A stretch of 64,000 bases of DNA from Gammaproteobacteria bacterium UBA6940 (GCA_002450655.1 DJZY01000076.1:49594-113593); one strand, 5' to 3'. Shown: positions 26,874 through 36,947, counted from the stretch's first letter. Translations and numbers: made by a program. The notes: generated from the letters alone by a model not told the origin.

Positions 26874-28778
26874 ATGGCTGATTTAACGGTATTATCTGGC
26901 GTCGGTATTGCGCTTCTCTCTGTCTTTTTACTTTTAGTAGGTGTGGCTGCTTTATATAAAGCTTTTTATTATAAGGTGGAACAGGGTACGGCTTTAATTG
27001 TGAATGATATGAGTGCGACGCCAAAAGTACACTTTACTGGTGCTATGGTTTATCCGATCGTTTATAAAAAAGAATTAATGCGAATTTCTTTGATTACCAT
27101 TGAGGTGGATAGAAGAGGGAAAGATGGGCTGATTTGTGCTGATAATATGCGGGCAGATATTACTGTTGCATTTTATCTTCGTGTGAATGAAACCGTTGAA
27201 GATGTTTTGAAAGTAGCCAAATCAATAGGTGCTGATCGTGCATCAGATAAAATGGCTGTTAATGAATTATTTAATGCAAAGTTTTCAGAGTCACTAAAAA
27301 CAGTTGGTAAGCAAATTGATTTTGTAAAACTGTTTGAAAATCGTCAAAGTTTTCGTGAAAAAATTATTGAAGTGATCGGTAACGACTTAAATGGCTATGT
27401 TCTTGAAGACGTGGCAATCGATTACCTTGAGCAAACACCTAAGCATGCATTAGACCCAAATAATATTCTTGATGCAGAGGGTATTCGTAAGATTACTGAA
27501 TTAACAGCAGCACAAAATGTTGAAACCAATATTTTAGAGCGTAATGAAGAGCTTGCGATTAAGAAAAAGAATGTAGAAACACGTGAAGCCATGCTGGCTT
27601 TAGAGCGTCAAGAGGCTGATGCTGAGGCACGACAAGAACGTGAAGTGGCGAGTATTCGTGCTCGAGAAGAGGCTGAAACTAAGAAAGTGCAGGAAGAGGA
27701 ACGCCAAAAAGCAGAATCAGCAACTATCGATGCTGATCAAGCCCTTGCGGTAATGCGTGAAAATCAAAAACGTGAAATTGAAGTTGCAGAGCAAAATCGT
27801 CAACGTGCCGTTGTTATTGAGATTGAGCGTGTTCAGCGAGCGAAAGACTTAGAAATTGTTTCCCGTGAGCGTGAAGTTGATATCCAGCGTATTGAAGCAG
27901 AAAAAGCCGTTGAGGTTGAAAAGAAAGAAATTGCTAATGTTATTCGTGAGCGCGTTGCAGTTGATAAGACAGTTGCAATTGAAGAAGAGCGTATCAAAGA
28001 AGTACGTGAAGTCTCTGGCGCTGATCGTGCGAAGCAAGTGCAAGTTCTTGCTGCCGAAGCCATTGCTGAAGAACAAAAAGTAAAATTTGTGAAAGAGGCT
28101 GAAGCGCAAGAAATTGCAGCGAAGCATAGAGCATTTGAAATGACAACAATTGCTCAAGCGCAATTCGAGGCAGATGAGAAGAAAGCAGAAGCCTTGAAAG
28201 TGATGGCTTTAGGTCGTAAGGAAGAAGCGGCAGCGGTTGGCTTGGCTGAGGCACAAGTACAATCAGCTAAAGCAGACTCCCTCGAAAAAGAAGGACGCGC
28301 TGAAGCTTCAGTTATTCAAGCCAAAGGTGAAGCACAAGCGCATGCAGATCGAGACACTGGTATGGCTGGAGCGGAAGTCACAGCGGCACACTTTAAAGCG
28401 GAAGCTGAGGGCTTAATTGAAAAATTCAATGCAATGAACACCATGAGTGTTGATGCGCGCTCTCATGAAGAGTATCGAATGGGGCTTGAGATTGCACTTA
28501 AAGAAGCATTGGCAACGATTGATGCAGGTACTCTAATTGCTAAAGAAAATGCTGAGGTGCTCGCAAAAGCCTTAAGTACTGCCAAAATTGATATCGTTGG
28601 TGGCGAAGATCACTTCTTTAATAACTTTGCTAAATCATTATCCATTGGTAAGGCTGTAGATGGGCTAGCTGATAAGAGTAGTACTATTACAAACCTGTTG
28701 AGTCATTTTTTAGAGTCATATTCGAAGAATAAAACTCTTGCAGATAATTCCAAGGATCAACAAGCAGCAGGTGAATAA
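26874..28778 (+). CDS. flotillin-family SPFH/band-7 protein (YqiK-like)
   Basis: N-terminal TM hairpin, SPFH core (ISLITIEVDRRGKDGLICADNMRADITVAFYLRV) and a long E/A/K/R-rich coiled coil. AAAGGA lies 8 nt upstream. Confidence 0.9.
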   Translation: MADLTVLSGVGIALLSVFLLLVGVAALYKAFYYKVEQGTALIVNDMSATPKVHFTGAMVYPIVYKKELMRISLITIEVDRRGKDGLICADNMRADITVAFYLRVNETVEDVLKVAKSIGADRASDKMAVNELFNAKFSESLKTVGKQIDFVKLFENRQSFREKIIEVIGNDLNGYVLEDVAIDYLEQTPKHALDPNNILDAEGIRKITELTAAQNVETNILERNEELAIKKKNVETREAMLALERQEADAEARQEREVASIRAREEAETKKVQEEERQKAESATIDADQALAVMRENQKREIEVAEQNRQRAVVIEIERVQRAKDLEIVSREREVDIQRIEAEKAVEVEKKEIANVIRERVAVDKTVAIEEERIKEVREVSGADRAKQVQVLAAEAIAEEQKVKFVKEAEAQEIAAKHRAFEMTTIAQAQFEADEKKAEALKVMALGRKEEAAAVGLAEAQVQSAKADSLEKEGRAEASVIQAKGEAQAHADRDTGMAGAEVTAAHFKAEAEGLIEKFNAMNTMSVDARSHEEYRMGLEIALKEALATIDAGTLIAKENAEVLAKALSTAKIDIVGGEDHFFNNFAKSLSIGKAVDGLADKSSTITNLLSHFLESYSKNKTLADNSKDQQAAGE

Positions 28779-28780
28779 GC

Positions 28781-31700
28781 GTGACTGAAATCAAAGATTC
28801 TGGTGGTTCTTTTGATGTAATCCGACAACGTTTGGCGCAGCAGTGTGAGCAGCTGCGCCAAGAAACTGATCGAGTTAATCAACAACGTTTAGCACACTTT
28901 GGTCAATCAGAAATGAAAATTTTTGGTCGTACTCGGGTGCAAACTGAAAATAACTGCATGTCTCGTGATATTGTCCAGCTTGGAGATATGCTGTTATTTG
29001 GTTATAACGTTTTTATAGGGTTAAAATCAGAAACTTTGGTTGGCGATGTTTTTTCTCTTTATAAGAATAATAAAAAAGAGAGTACGTTTGAGTTAGAACC
29101 TATTGCTATAGAAGAAAGTTTTTTAAAAGACTCGCGCTTTCAGCAGGATTTTTCAGAGCTTTATAAATATTATAAAAACACAAAGCTCATCCAGTTAATT
29201 GTTCAACATCAAAAACTTTTAATGGCTTTTCAAATTGGTGAAAGGCGCGAAGATATTCGTGTTTTTCGTTGGCATGTTTCCCCTCAAGGCTTTGTGCAAG
29301 ATTATATTGATAATCGTGGTGAAAGAGACTTGCAGCCACCGCCAGCCCATGATTTTCAATGGACTTTGCTTGGACGTGAGAATCAAGTGCTTGGTCGCTT
29401 TCCACATATCAATATTGAAGATGAAATCTTTGTAGAAACAACCGGTGGTGATTTAACAATAAAAATTGAAAATAACACTTTATCAGGAGAGGGTGTTTAT
29501 GCTGAACCAGTTGAGGATGCAACTCAATCTTTAGATGATGCCTCATTTGCCTATGCCAAATCTGGTCGCCTTATTCTTCTTAAAATACGCCCTTATCGTG
29601 AAGAGACTTGGCGCTATCTTGTTTACAACCGTGATCTAAAAACAGTGGTTCGTTTAGACGCTATAGGTGAATCCTGTGTTGCCTTGCCAGAAGATCATGG
29701 CATTATTTTTCCTGGTGGATATTATTTAAATTCTGGTGAGTGGCGAACTTTTAATGAAACGAATGACGGTTTCTTTTTTCAGCGTAAAATAGTATCCCCA
29801 AATGGCGAAGATATTCTGTACATTTTTTATCATAATGATGATGGTCAAGTAGGGTTATTAACCTATAACCTGATTGAGAAAAAAATTAAAAACCCAATTT
29901 ATGCTCATGGCTATGCGTTGGCAGCAAATGGTGATCTACTTCTCTTTTCAAGTGAAGGTGAAGCTGCTCGCCAGCATCCAATGCAGTTATGGCAAACCCC
30001 TTTTTATGATGCAGCCTCTCAGATAACAGAAGAGAGCGATAGTCTGTTAGATAGAATTGGTAACTCTGAAATGGTGCGCTGGATCTCAGAGCTTTTAAGT
30101 GTTTGCCGTGTTCTTGAAATGAAGACAATCAATGAATCTCTTTTTGTGCAGGTGCAAGATCAGTTAAGACGTCTTTTTGATCAGTATCTATGGTTAACCG
30201 AAGAAGAGTTTCGTGAAACTTCGGCCCTTCTCAATACTTTGCAAAGTACAATTCAAACCCTGCTTGATGAATATGAAAAACAAAAGGCAATAATGGCCGA
30301 GTCAGCCAAATTGCTTAATAGACTGCTAGAAGATGTTGAACCGCTTAAATCCAAAGCAGCATCAGCACCAAATGAAAATGCAGAATACAATGCCACTCTT
30401 TTATCAGAGATTCGTCACATGCGAGGTCGCTGTATTGGCTTACAAGAACGCCGTTATGTTGATAAAGATGTTTTAAATGAGTCAGAGACTGTCTTGAATG
30501 AGCTTGAAACTAATGTTGCTCAAATTACTGTAGAAGTGCTCGCAAAACCTGATGCTTTTAAGATCTACACTGCAAAACTGCCAGAGTTAAAGCTGAACGT
30601 TGAAACAGTGACAAATGTGCTTGATCTTGAGCCTATTCAAACTCAAATTGAAGAGACTGCAAATGGGTTAGGGCTTTTATCTGATTTGGTTGCAAGCCTT
30701 GAAACCAAAGATGTTCAACTGAAAACAAATATTATTGCTCAGCTTTCAAAAATCTACGCAGAAATTAATCAGCTCCGTTCTTTTGCCGAAAAACAAAAAA
30801 AGAATCTACGCTCCAGTGAAACTAAAGGTGAGTTTGCTGCACAGCTGAATCTTTTTACGCAAAGTATTGATTACGCATTAAGCCAATCAGATACCATAGC
30901 TTCAACAGATGCAGCTTTTTCAAGATTGATGCTTCAGCTTGAGAATATGGAGTCTCAATTTGGAGATCAAGAAGAATTTCTTGTGGAACTCATGACTCAG
31001 CGTGAAGCTGTTCTGAGTGTATTTGAAGATCATAAGCAACAGCTTTCGCAAGCTTTACAGCAAAAAGCACTAAGGCTAACAGATGCTGCTAAACGTTTAC
31101 TTAAAACCATAGAAAATAAAGCAGCAGCCTGTAAATCAATTGATGATTTGAACACTATTTTTGCATCAGATCAGCTTGTCATAAAAGTCAAAGAGATGAT
31201 TGCACAACTGTTTGAGCTTGAAGCCAGTGTGCAAGCAGAAGATGTGTCTTCAAGCTTAAAAGGTGTTCAAGATAAAACTATTCGGCAGTTAAGAGATAAA
31301 AGTGATCTTTATTCTGAAGGTGGCAATCAAATTCAGCTGGGACGACATGCCTTCTCAGTGAATAGCCAAGAGTTGAATGCGATTATTGTGAATCGCAATG
31401 AAGAGCTGTATCTGCATTTAACCGGTACAGACTTCTATGAAAAAGTTGATGATCCTGTTTTTAATTCATTAAAACCTTTTTGGACGCAATCTCTTATTTC
31501 TGAAACGAAAGATGTGTATCGAGCAGAATATCTTGCATGGATGTTTGCTCTCGAGCATCAAGGCATGGAATACAGCGATGATATTGAGGTGTTAACTGAG
31601 AAGGTCGCTCAGTTTGCTTCTAGCCGCTACTCAGAAGGGTATATTAAAGGCATTCATGACACAGATGCTGCACGTATTTTTAAAGCAATGAGAGAAAGTG

Positions 31701-34024
31701 AGCAGCATGCCGATGGTCAAGATTTTCATAGCCTTGCTCGTGCTTATGGGGCTCTTTTTCTTGTGTATGCCAAAGACCATGAGCAAGTATTTGATATCTG
31801 GCTGCAAAAGGCAGCAAACGCGTATTCTGTAAGAGAGCACTTTTCATCGAAAAAGTTACAGCTTTCTTTGGCTGCTGATGTAGCTCCTCTGGTAGAGTGT
31901 TTTTTTGAAGTGCAAGGCTTTGCTACTGACTACCAAGGTGCTGATCTTGTCTCTATCTCTGCAGACTATGTCGCATTTGAACTTGTTCGGTGCAAAGGGC
32001 AATTATCAGAAATTAGCCTTGTTGTGAGTCATGAAGTGCCTGTACTGTTCGAGCAATTTAAAAAAGAGCTCCAAGCAGATGTATGGCTACAGCTCGACGC
32101 TATGTTTAAATCAATGCGTCATCAAGTTTCAATGGCATGGCATGATTGTTGGACTATCTGTTCTCAGTGGATAGAAGTATGGAGTAATGCTACTTCACGA
32201 CAAATAAAGCCTGCATTGGTTGATGAGCTTTTAATGTATATTTTGCTGAATACTGATATCTCATTTAGAACATCTTCTTTTGATATGACCCTTGTATTGG
32301 AGAATTTAGCTGGTGAGCATGAGCTGGCATCTGATACTTACAGTGTTCATTTGGCAGATTTTAAATTAAAGCTTATTGATCACGTGCAACGAGTTGTTCC
32401 AGGTTATAAAACATTTCAAGCGCAACGACATGAGTATTTAAAACAAGCTGAGCAACGCTTACGCCTCAGCCAGTTTAAACCCAAACCTTTAACAAGCTTC
32501 GTTAGAAATAGACTTATTAATGAAGTCTACCTGCCTATCATTGGCGATAACTTGGCAAAACAAATGGGTGCGTCAGGCGCTGGGAAGAGAACAGACCTAA
32601 TGGGTTTACTCATGATGATATCTCCACCTGGTTATGGTAAAACCACCTTAATGGAGTATGTGGCAGATCGACTCGGTCTGATCTTTATGAAAATTAATTG
32701 TCCATCCTTAGGGCATAGTGTTACATCTCTCGATCCATCTCAAACAGCAGATTCTACTGCTAAACAAGAGCTGGTGAAATTAAATTTAGCCCTGGAGATG
32801 GGCTCAAATGTGATGCTTTATTTGGATGATATACAGCATACGAATCCTGAGTTTTTACAGAAGTTCATTTCACTTTGTGATGGTACTCGTCGAGTTGAAG
32901 GTGTATGGAAGGGTGAAACCAAAACTTATGATATGCGCAGTAAAAAATTCTGTGTGGTTATGGCTGGTAACCCATACACAGAATCTGGCGAAGTGTTTAA
33001 AATTCCTGACATGTTAGCGAACCGTGCGGATATTTATAATCTTGGCGATATCCTTGGTGGTAAAGATGAGCAGTTTGCTTTGAGTTATATCGAAAATGCA
33101 ATGACTTCAAATGCTGTATTAGCTCGTCTTGCAACAGGTGAGCAAGATGATATTCATGCATTAATTAAAATGGCACAGGGGAAACTTGAGGTTACAAGTC
33201 CGCTGAAGCAAGACATAGGTTTAGCGGAACAGCAAGAAATGATTTCTGTTCTGCAAAAAATGTTGATGATTCAGCAGGTCGTATTAAAGATTAACCAAGC
33301 CTATATAGCCTCAGCTGCTCAAAATGATCAGTATCGTGTACAGCCTTCGTTTAAGTTGCAAGGCAGCTATCGTAATATGAATAAAATGACTGAAAAAGTC
33401 ACATCTGTTTTAACTGAGCAAGAAATGAATCAACTTATCGATGATCATTACATTGGCGAAGCACAGCTATTAACAACAGGTGCTGAAGATAACCTTTTAC
33501 AGTTTAAAGCCATGCGCAATACACTTACAGAGAAAGAGCAGCAACGTTGGCAGCAAATCTGCGAGGATTATTTACGCAATAAGGCAATGGGTGGGGCGGA
33601 TTCTGACGTAGGGCAAAAGATTGTCGTACAACTTATGGATCTTGTGAAAAGCATGCAGCAGGTTTCAAACCTCAGTAAAGATCACTCAACAGCACAGCAT
33701 CGCCAACAGGCATCTTATATGAAGGCAAGTCATGCAGGACAGATGCTGCTGGTTGAACATATAAAAGAAATTAAAGATGTCATACATCTACTTGGTACGC
33801 AAATTAGTGAGTCAAAACCAGAGCTGCCTACGCCTCATATTGAACTTATTAATCAACCAATTCCTGAAATTAAGGCTTTGCTTGGTGCTTTGGCGGGGAC
33901 AATAGAGCATTCACTTTCGCCCTTAGTACGGAGTCTCGATAAGAAAATGGAGTTAGACTTAGATCACAACCGTAAGCTTATTGAGATATCTCAACAGTTG
34001 AAAGATTTATCTCAAGGTACGTAA
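28781..34024 (+). CDS. giant (1747 aa) protein with a single C-terminal AAA+ P-loop module; function unknown
   Basis: GTG start 2 nt after the flotillin stop, with AGGTGA upstream. Walker A SPPGYGKTTL (32621-32650). Walker B VMLYLDD (to 32830). Sensor/Arg-finger-like NPYTESGEVFKIPDMLANRADIYNL. About 1250 aa upstream carry no motif I recognise. Confidence 0.85.
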   Translation: MTEIKDSGGSFDVIRQRLAQQCEQLRQETDRVNQQRLAHFGQSEMKIFGRTRVQTENNCMSRDIVQLGDMLLFGYNVFIGLKSETLVGDVFSLYKNNKKESTFELEPIAIEESFLKDSRFQQDFSELYKYYKNTKLIQLIVQHQKLLMAFQIGERREDIRVFRWHVSPQGFVQDYIDNRGERDLQPPPAHDFQWTLLGRENQVLGRFPHINIEDEIFVETTGGDLTIKIENNTLSGEGVYAEPVEDATQSLDDASFAYAKSGRLILLKIRPYREETWRYLVYNRDLKTVVRLDAIGESCVALPEDHGIIFPGGYYLNSGEWRTFNETNDGFFFQRKIVSPNGEDILYIFYHNDDGQVGLLTYNLIEKKIKNPIYAHGYALAANGDLLLFSSEGEAARQHPMQLWQTPFYDAASQITEESDSLLDRIGNSEMVRWISELLSVCRVLEMKTINESLFVQVQDQLRRLFDQYLWLTEEEFRETSALLNTLQSTIQTLLDEYEKQKAIMAESAKLLNRLLEDVEPLKSKAASAPNENAEYNATLLSEIRHMRGRCIGLQERRYVDKDVLNESETVLNELETNVAQITVEVLAKPDAFKIYTAKLPELKLNVETVTNVLDLEPIQTQIEETANGLGLLSDLVASLETKDVQLKTNIIAQLSKIYAEINQLRSFAEKQKKNLRSSETKGEFAAQLNLFTQSIDYALSQSDTIASTDAAFSRLMLQLENMESQFGDQEEFLVELMTQREAVLSVFEDHKQQLSQALQQKALRLTDAAKRLLKTIENKAAACKSIDDLNTIFASDQLVIKVKEMIAQLFELEASVQAEDVSSSLKGVQDKTIRQLRDKSDLYSEGGNQIQLGRHAFSVNSQELNAIIVNRNEELYLHLTGTDFYEKVDDPVFNSLKPFWTQSLISETKDVYRAEYLAWMFALEHQGMEYSDDIEVLTEKVAQFASSRYSEGYIKGIHDTDAARIFKAMRESEQHADGQDFHSLARAYGALFLVYAKDHEQVFDIWLQKAANAYSVREHFSSKKLQLSLAADVAPLVECFFEVQGFATDYQGADLVSISADYVAFELVRCKGQLSEISLVVSHEVPVLFEQFKKELQADVWLQLDAMFKSMRHQVSMAWHDCWTICSQWIEVWSNATSRQIKPALVDELLMYILLNTDISFRTSSFDMTLVLENLAGEHELASDTYSVHLADFKLKLIDHVQRVVPGYKTFQAQRHEYLKQAEQRLRLSQFKPKPLTSFVRNRLINEVYLPIIGDNLAKQMGASGAGKRTDLMGLLMMISPPGYGKTTLMEYVADRLGLIFMKINCPSLGHSVTSLDPSQTADSTAKQELVKLNLALEMGSNVMLYLDDIQHTNPEFLQKFISLCDGTRRVEGVWKGETKTYDMRSKKFCVVMAGNPYTESGEVFKIPDMLANRADIYNLGDILGGKDEQFALSYIENAMTSNAVLARLATGEQDDIHALIKMAQGKLEVTSPLKQDIGLAEQQEMISVLQKMLMIQQVVLKINQAYIASAAQNDQYRVQPSFKLQGSYRNMNKMTEKVTSVLTEQEMNQLIDDHYIGEAQLLTTGAEDNLLQFKAMRNTLTEKEQQRWQQICEDYLRNKAMGGADSDVGQKIVVQLMDLVKSMQQVSNLSKDHSTAQHRQQASYMKASHAGQMLLVEHIKEIKDVIHLLGTQISESKPELPTPHIELINQPIPEIKALLGALAGTIEHSLSPLVRSLDKKMELDLDHNRKLIEISQQLKDLSQGT

Positions 34025-34028
34025 AAAT

Positions 34029-34049
34029 AAAGCATTGTGCATGCTTTTT
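34029..34049 (+). terminator. intrinsic terminator closing the three-gene operon
   Basis: AAAGCAT-tgtgc-ATGCTTT followed by TT, starting 5 nt after the stop codon. Confidence 0.7.
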
Positions 34050-34194
34050 AGAATAATTTCACAGTCTGTTTAAGTGTAATAGGGTAGAGTGGACAAATGA
34101 ATTACACGGAACTTCCTTCCCAAATCACTCATATTTGAATTTTTTGAATGTTAAATTCTATCAAATAAATACATTGCTACAGACTTAAGGTTTT

Positions 34195-34665
34195 ATGAAC
34201 TACTCAATTGCGCCAGAAACTCAATCCGATGCAGCAGTGCTGCACAATCTTTTAAATCTTAATCAAAATGCTTTAATCTTCTATCGCGCAGGCCAAAAAA
34301 TGGCACCTCGAAAAGAAGTTAAAGATATCTATCACAGACTGGAAGAAATTCACACCAAGTGTGTGGAGTCTATTAAAAATCAAATCAGCTCTCTTGGTGA
34401 AAAAGTCAAAGCTTTCAATCACGATACCTTTGATGGCCAGTCAGTTAATATGTTAAATGCATTACACGCTATTATAGCTTCAGGCCCAGGGCAAACATTG
34501 GAACAGAAGCTTATTCAATCTGAATCAAGGTGTTTACAGCTTATTAAGAAAGCCCTTAATGCTGGTGGTTTAACTGACACAACTTCGGGCTTGTTAAAAA
34601 AGCAAGGCCATGCCATAAAAGGTGCTCATGAAGAATTATCCAAGCTAGAAGCAAAGGCCATGTAG
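34195..34665 (+). CDS. hypothetical helical protein (possibly PA2169/DUF2383-like four-helix bundle)
   Basis: 156 aa, with a helical heptad-like composition. The family assignment rests only on length and pattern recalled from memory. Confidence 0.5.
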   Translation: MNYSIAPETQSDAAVLHNLLNLNQNALIFYRAGQKMAPRKEVKDIYHRLEEIHTKCVESIKNQISSLGEKVKAFNHDTFDGQSVNMLNALHAIIASGPGQTLEQKLIQSESRCLQLIKKALNAGGLTDTTSGLLKKQGHAIKGAHEELSKLEAKAM

Positions 34666-34678
34666 TATGGCCTTTTTT
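34654..34678. terminator. intrinsic terminator shared by convergent genes
   Basis: AAGGCCAT-gtagt-ATGGCCTT followed by TTTT. It overlaps the stop codon of ORF 34195-34665. Confidence 0.7.
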
Positions 34679-34689
34679 GTATATGCTTT

Positions 34690-35415
34690 TTAGTGTTTTA
34701 CAAAAGAATCTAAGAGTGTTGGAAGAACGGTTTGGAGGGTTTGTAGCAGGGTTGTATCTGTTGTCGGTACATATTTTTTGCTGTGGGGGGCTGCAAAAGC
34801 AAGAAAGCCGTAATCGCAGCGTCCTCTTAAAGGAATAAGTGCTGCAGACATTTCTGGGGTATAGTTTCCAAAAATATCTTGCATGAATGCTTCACGTTGA
34901 GGCCCCAAAATAATATTCTCTTTCATTACTATTTTATTCTTACATAGGTTGGCCATTTCTTCGGAGAGAATTTTGAAGTTTGGTCTGTATTGTTTCGTTT
35001 GATCAATAAGTTTTTGTGCTGCATTTGGGTAAAGGCATAGCCTAAAGTTTTTTAGTTTCGCCTTTAAGCATTGATGCTCTAGTCTAAGCATAAACATTTC
35101 AAAAGATTTAGACCCAATAATTGCTGTGATAAATTTAAGCCCCTTATCATACTCGTCTCTTTTTAAACGCTCTGCTGCTTGCGTAGAGATTACCTGACTT
35201 TCAAGCTCTTTATTTATTTCTCGAAGCTTTTTCACTTGTCTTTCAACAAGTGATGCTGGGCTACTTGTGAATGGCAGCATAATTTCTGCAAGTAGGTGAG
35301 GGTGGTCGAGCAAAATATGGGGGTGGCTACTAATGTAGTCAATGGCTTGCTGAGCAGTAATTTTTATATTTGTGGCTTCAAGCGGTTGGCTTTTTTTGTT
35401 TGACGATAAAACCAT
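34690..35415 (-). CDS. DUF484-family protein (YigA-like, GAF-like fold)
   Basis: N-terminal IDYISSHPHILLDHPHLLAEIMLP...SLVERQVKKLRE, and position immediately downstream of dapF as in enterobacteria. Confidence 0.8.
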   Translation of the reverse strand: MVLSSNKKSQPLEATNIKITAQQAIDYISSHPHILLDHPHLLAEIMLPFTSSPASLVERQVKKLREINKELESQVISTQAAERLKRDEYDKGLKFITAIIGSKSFEMFMLRLEHQCLKAKLKNFRLCLYPNAAQKLIDQTKQYRPNFKILSEEMANLCKNKIVMKENIILGPQREAFMQDIFGNYTPEMSAALIPLRGRCDYGFLAFAAPHSKKYVPTTDTTLLQTLQTVLPTLLDSFVKH

Positions 35416-35576
35416 AGAACCTCCCTGGAACAGATTTTTCGTGTGTATAAGTCCTTTTATGTTTTGGTTTAGATAAACCTATCAACCTGCAGGTTTTGTG
35501 ATTACCTACAGGTTGTTGTTATTTGATCATACCGTCTTTGTTGGGCGAAATATAATCATTTTATGTAATCGATGTT

Positions 35577-36539
35577 TTAAAAATTGTGACTTTTATCGAT
35601 CTGATCATGGCGAACTAAAAGTCTACCAGTGAAGACGCGAACTGCTGGGCCAGTCATTTGAAGCTGTTTTTTATCCCAAATAATGGAGAGTGAGCCGCCT
35701 TTAAGGTGGACATCTACTTGTGTTGACGATACCTTTCCTGCTTCAACTGCCGCTATTGCTGCTGCTGTTGCACCACTGCCACAAGCTTGAGTTTCGCCTG
35801 CGCCTCTTTCAAATACACGTAGTCGAATGCTTGAATCTGTCTCTGGTTGAGCAAAGCCAACATTGACACCTTCTGGGAAGCAAGGGTGCTGCTGAAGTGT
35901 TGTCGCAATTTCTCCATCAACATCATTAATATTATCAACAAATATAACTGCGTGTGGGTTGCCTACAGAAATTGGGTAAAAAGTGATCTCTTGGCCTTTG
36001 AAATTAAACATCCACGGCTTTAAAACGTTTTCTGATGTTGTTGGCTTGCCAATAGCTGTTGGATCGAATGGAATGCCTGCTGGTCTAAATTCAGGTGTAT
36101 CCATATCTACCTGTGCCTGGCCTGATTCCAAAATACGAACCTGCATTGTGTTGGTTTTTGTTGCAATGACATTCTCTGCACTTAAACTCAGCTTTTGATC
36201 AACAATAAAGCGGGCAATTGCACGAGCACCATTACCACATTGACCTGCTTCAGAACCATCACTATTAAAAATTGAATATTGGAAGTCAGCCCCTTGCGTT
36301 TCTGGTGCGCTGAGCAGAAGAAGTTGATCAAATCCAATACCTGTATGTCTGTCTGACCAAGAACGAATAAGTTCTGGTGTCAGGTTTACCTTTTGAGTCA
36401 TGGATTCAATAACCATAAAGTCATTGCCAAGACCATGCATCTTCGTAAAGTTCACAAGATTATATTTTCGTCTTCTATGATGTGTATGAGATTCTGATGC
36501 TGACTCTTGCTGCATATGGCTATCTTCTATCTGTTTCAA
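35577..36539 (-). CDS. dapF: diaminopimelate epimerase DapF
   Basis: FTKMHGLGNDFMVIE and catalytic Cys motifs QCGNGARA and ACGSGATAAA. The ORF has about 30 extra N-terminal codons, so the true start may be an internal Met. Confidence 0.95.
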   Translation of the reverse strand: MKQIEDSHMQQESASESHTHHRRRKYNLVNFTKMHGLGNDFMVIESMTQKVNLTPELIRSWSDRHTGIGFDQLLLLSAPETQGADFQYSIFNSDGSEAGQCGNGARAIARFIVDQKLSLSAENVIATKTNTMQVRILESGQAQVDMDTPEFRPAGIPFDPTAIGKPTTSENVLKPWMFNFKGQEITFYPISVGNPHAVIFVDNINDVDGEIATTLQQHPCFPEGVNVGFAQPETDSSIRLRVFERGAGETQACGSGATAAAIAAVEAGKVSSTQVDVHLKGGSLSIIWDKKQLQMTGPAVRVFTGRLLVRHDQIDKSHNF

Positions 36540-36579
36540 GGTCTTTTCCTTTAAGTTCTTTTAACTATAAATTCTTGAG

Positions 36580-36843
36580 TTAGTCACTCTTTGGATGGCT
36601 AATCACTGGTACTGGATTAGCTTCATTTTCATAATATTTTGTTTTCACTTCTTCGCTATCCGCGCTTGGGGATACTACGTCATTCGACTTAATTTGCTCT
36701 TTTTTCTTCTTTATAGCCATTTCTTGGGGGCTTTCACCTGGCATATAAAGATCAGCCTTATTACCACAAGCAGTTAGGGTGAGGCTTGTAAGAAGTAAGG
36801 TGCTCAGGGCACAAGCTTTAAATAAAACTCTGCTTATGGTCAT
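36580..36843 (-). CDS. lptM: small lipoprotein LptM (YifL family)
   Basis: Lipobox LTACG followed by the family signature CGNKADLYMP. Position upstream of dapF is conserved. Confidence 0.75.
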   Translation of the reverse strand: MTISRVLFKACALSTLLLTSLTLTACGNKADLYMPGESPQEMAIKKKKEQIKSNDVVSPSADSEEVKTKYYENEANPVPVISHPKSD

Positions 36844-36930
36844 ATGCTATCACTCTAGGTTGTATATATAGGTGTTGTGATTATACATGGCTCTATTAAT
36901 TACGTCAGTATTAGCCGGGAGAAGGTACCT

Positions 36931-36947
36931 CTTTAGAGGCGTTGCCT
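36931..36947 (+). promoter_or_regulatory. copy 3 of recurrent 17-nt motif (CTTTAGAGGCGTTGCCT)
   Basis: Lies 127 nt upstream of the DUF4124-like gene start, in the same orientation. Confidence 0.5.

Noticed and set aside
27833-28254. Cluster of antisense and alternative-frame ORFs (27833-28063, 27849-28163, 27856-28083, 27994-28254) inside the flotillin gene
   Set aside because: They lie within the E/A/K/R-rich coiled-coil coding region, where GAA/GCN/AAA-rich repeats keep several frames open. Their translations are low-complexity (Ser/Phe/Leu-rich) and have no start context. They are artefacts of composition.
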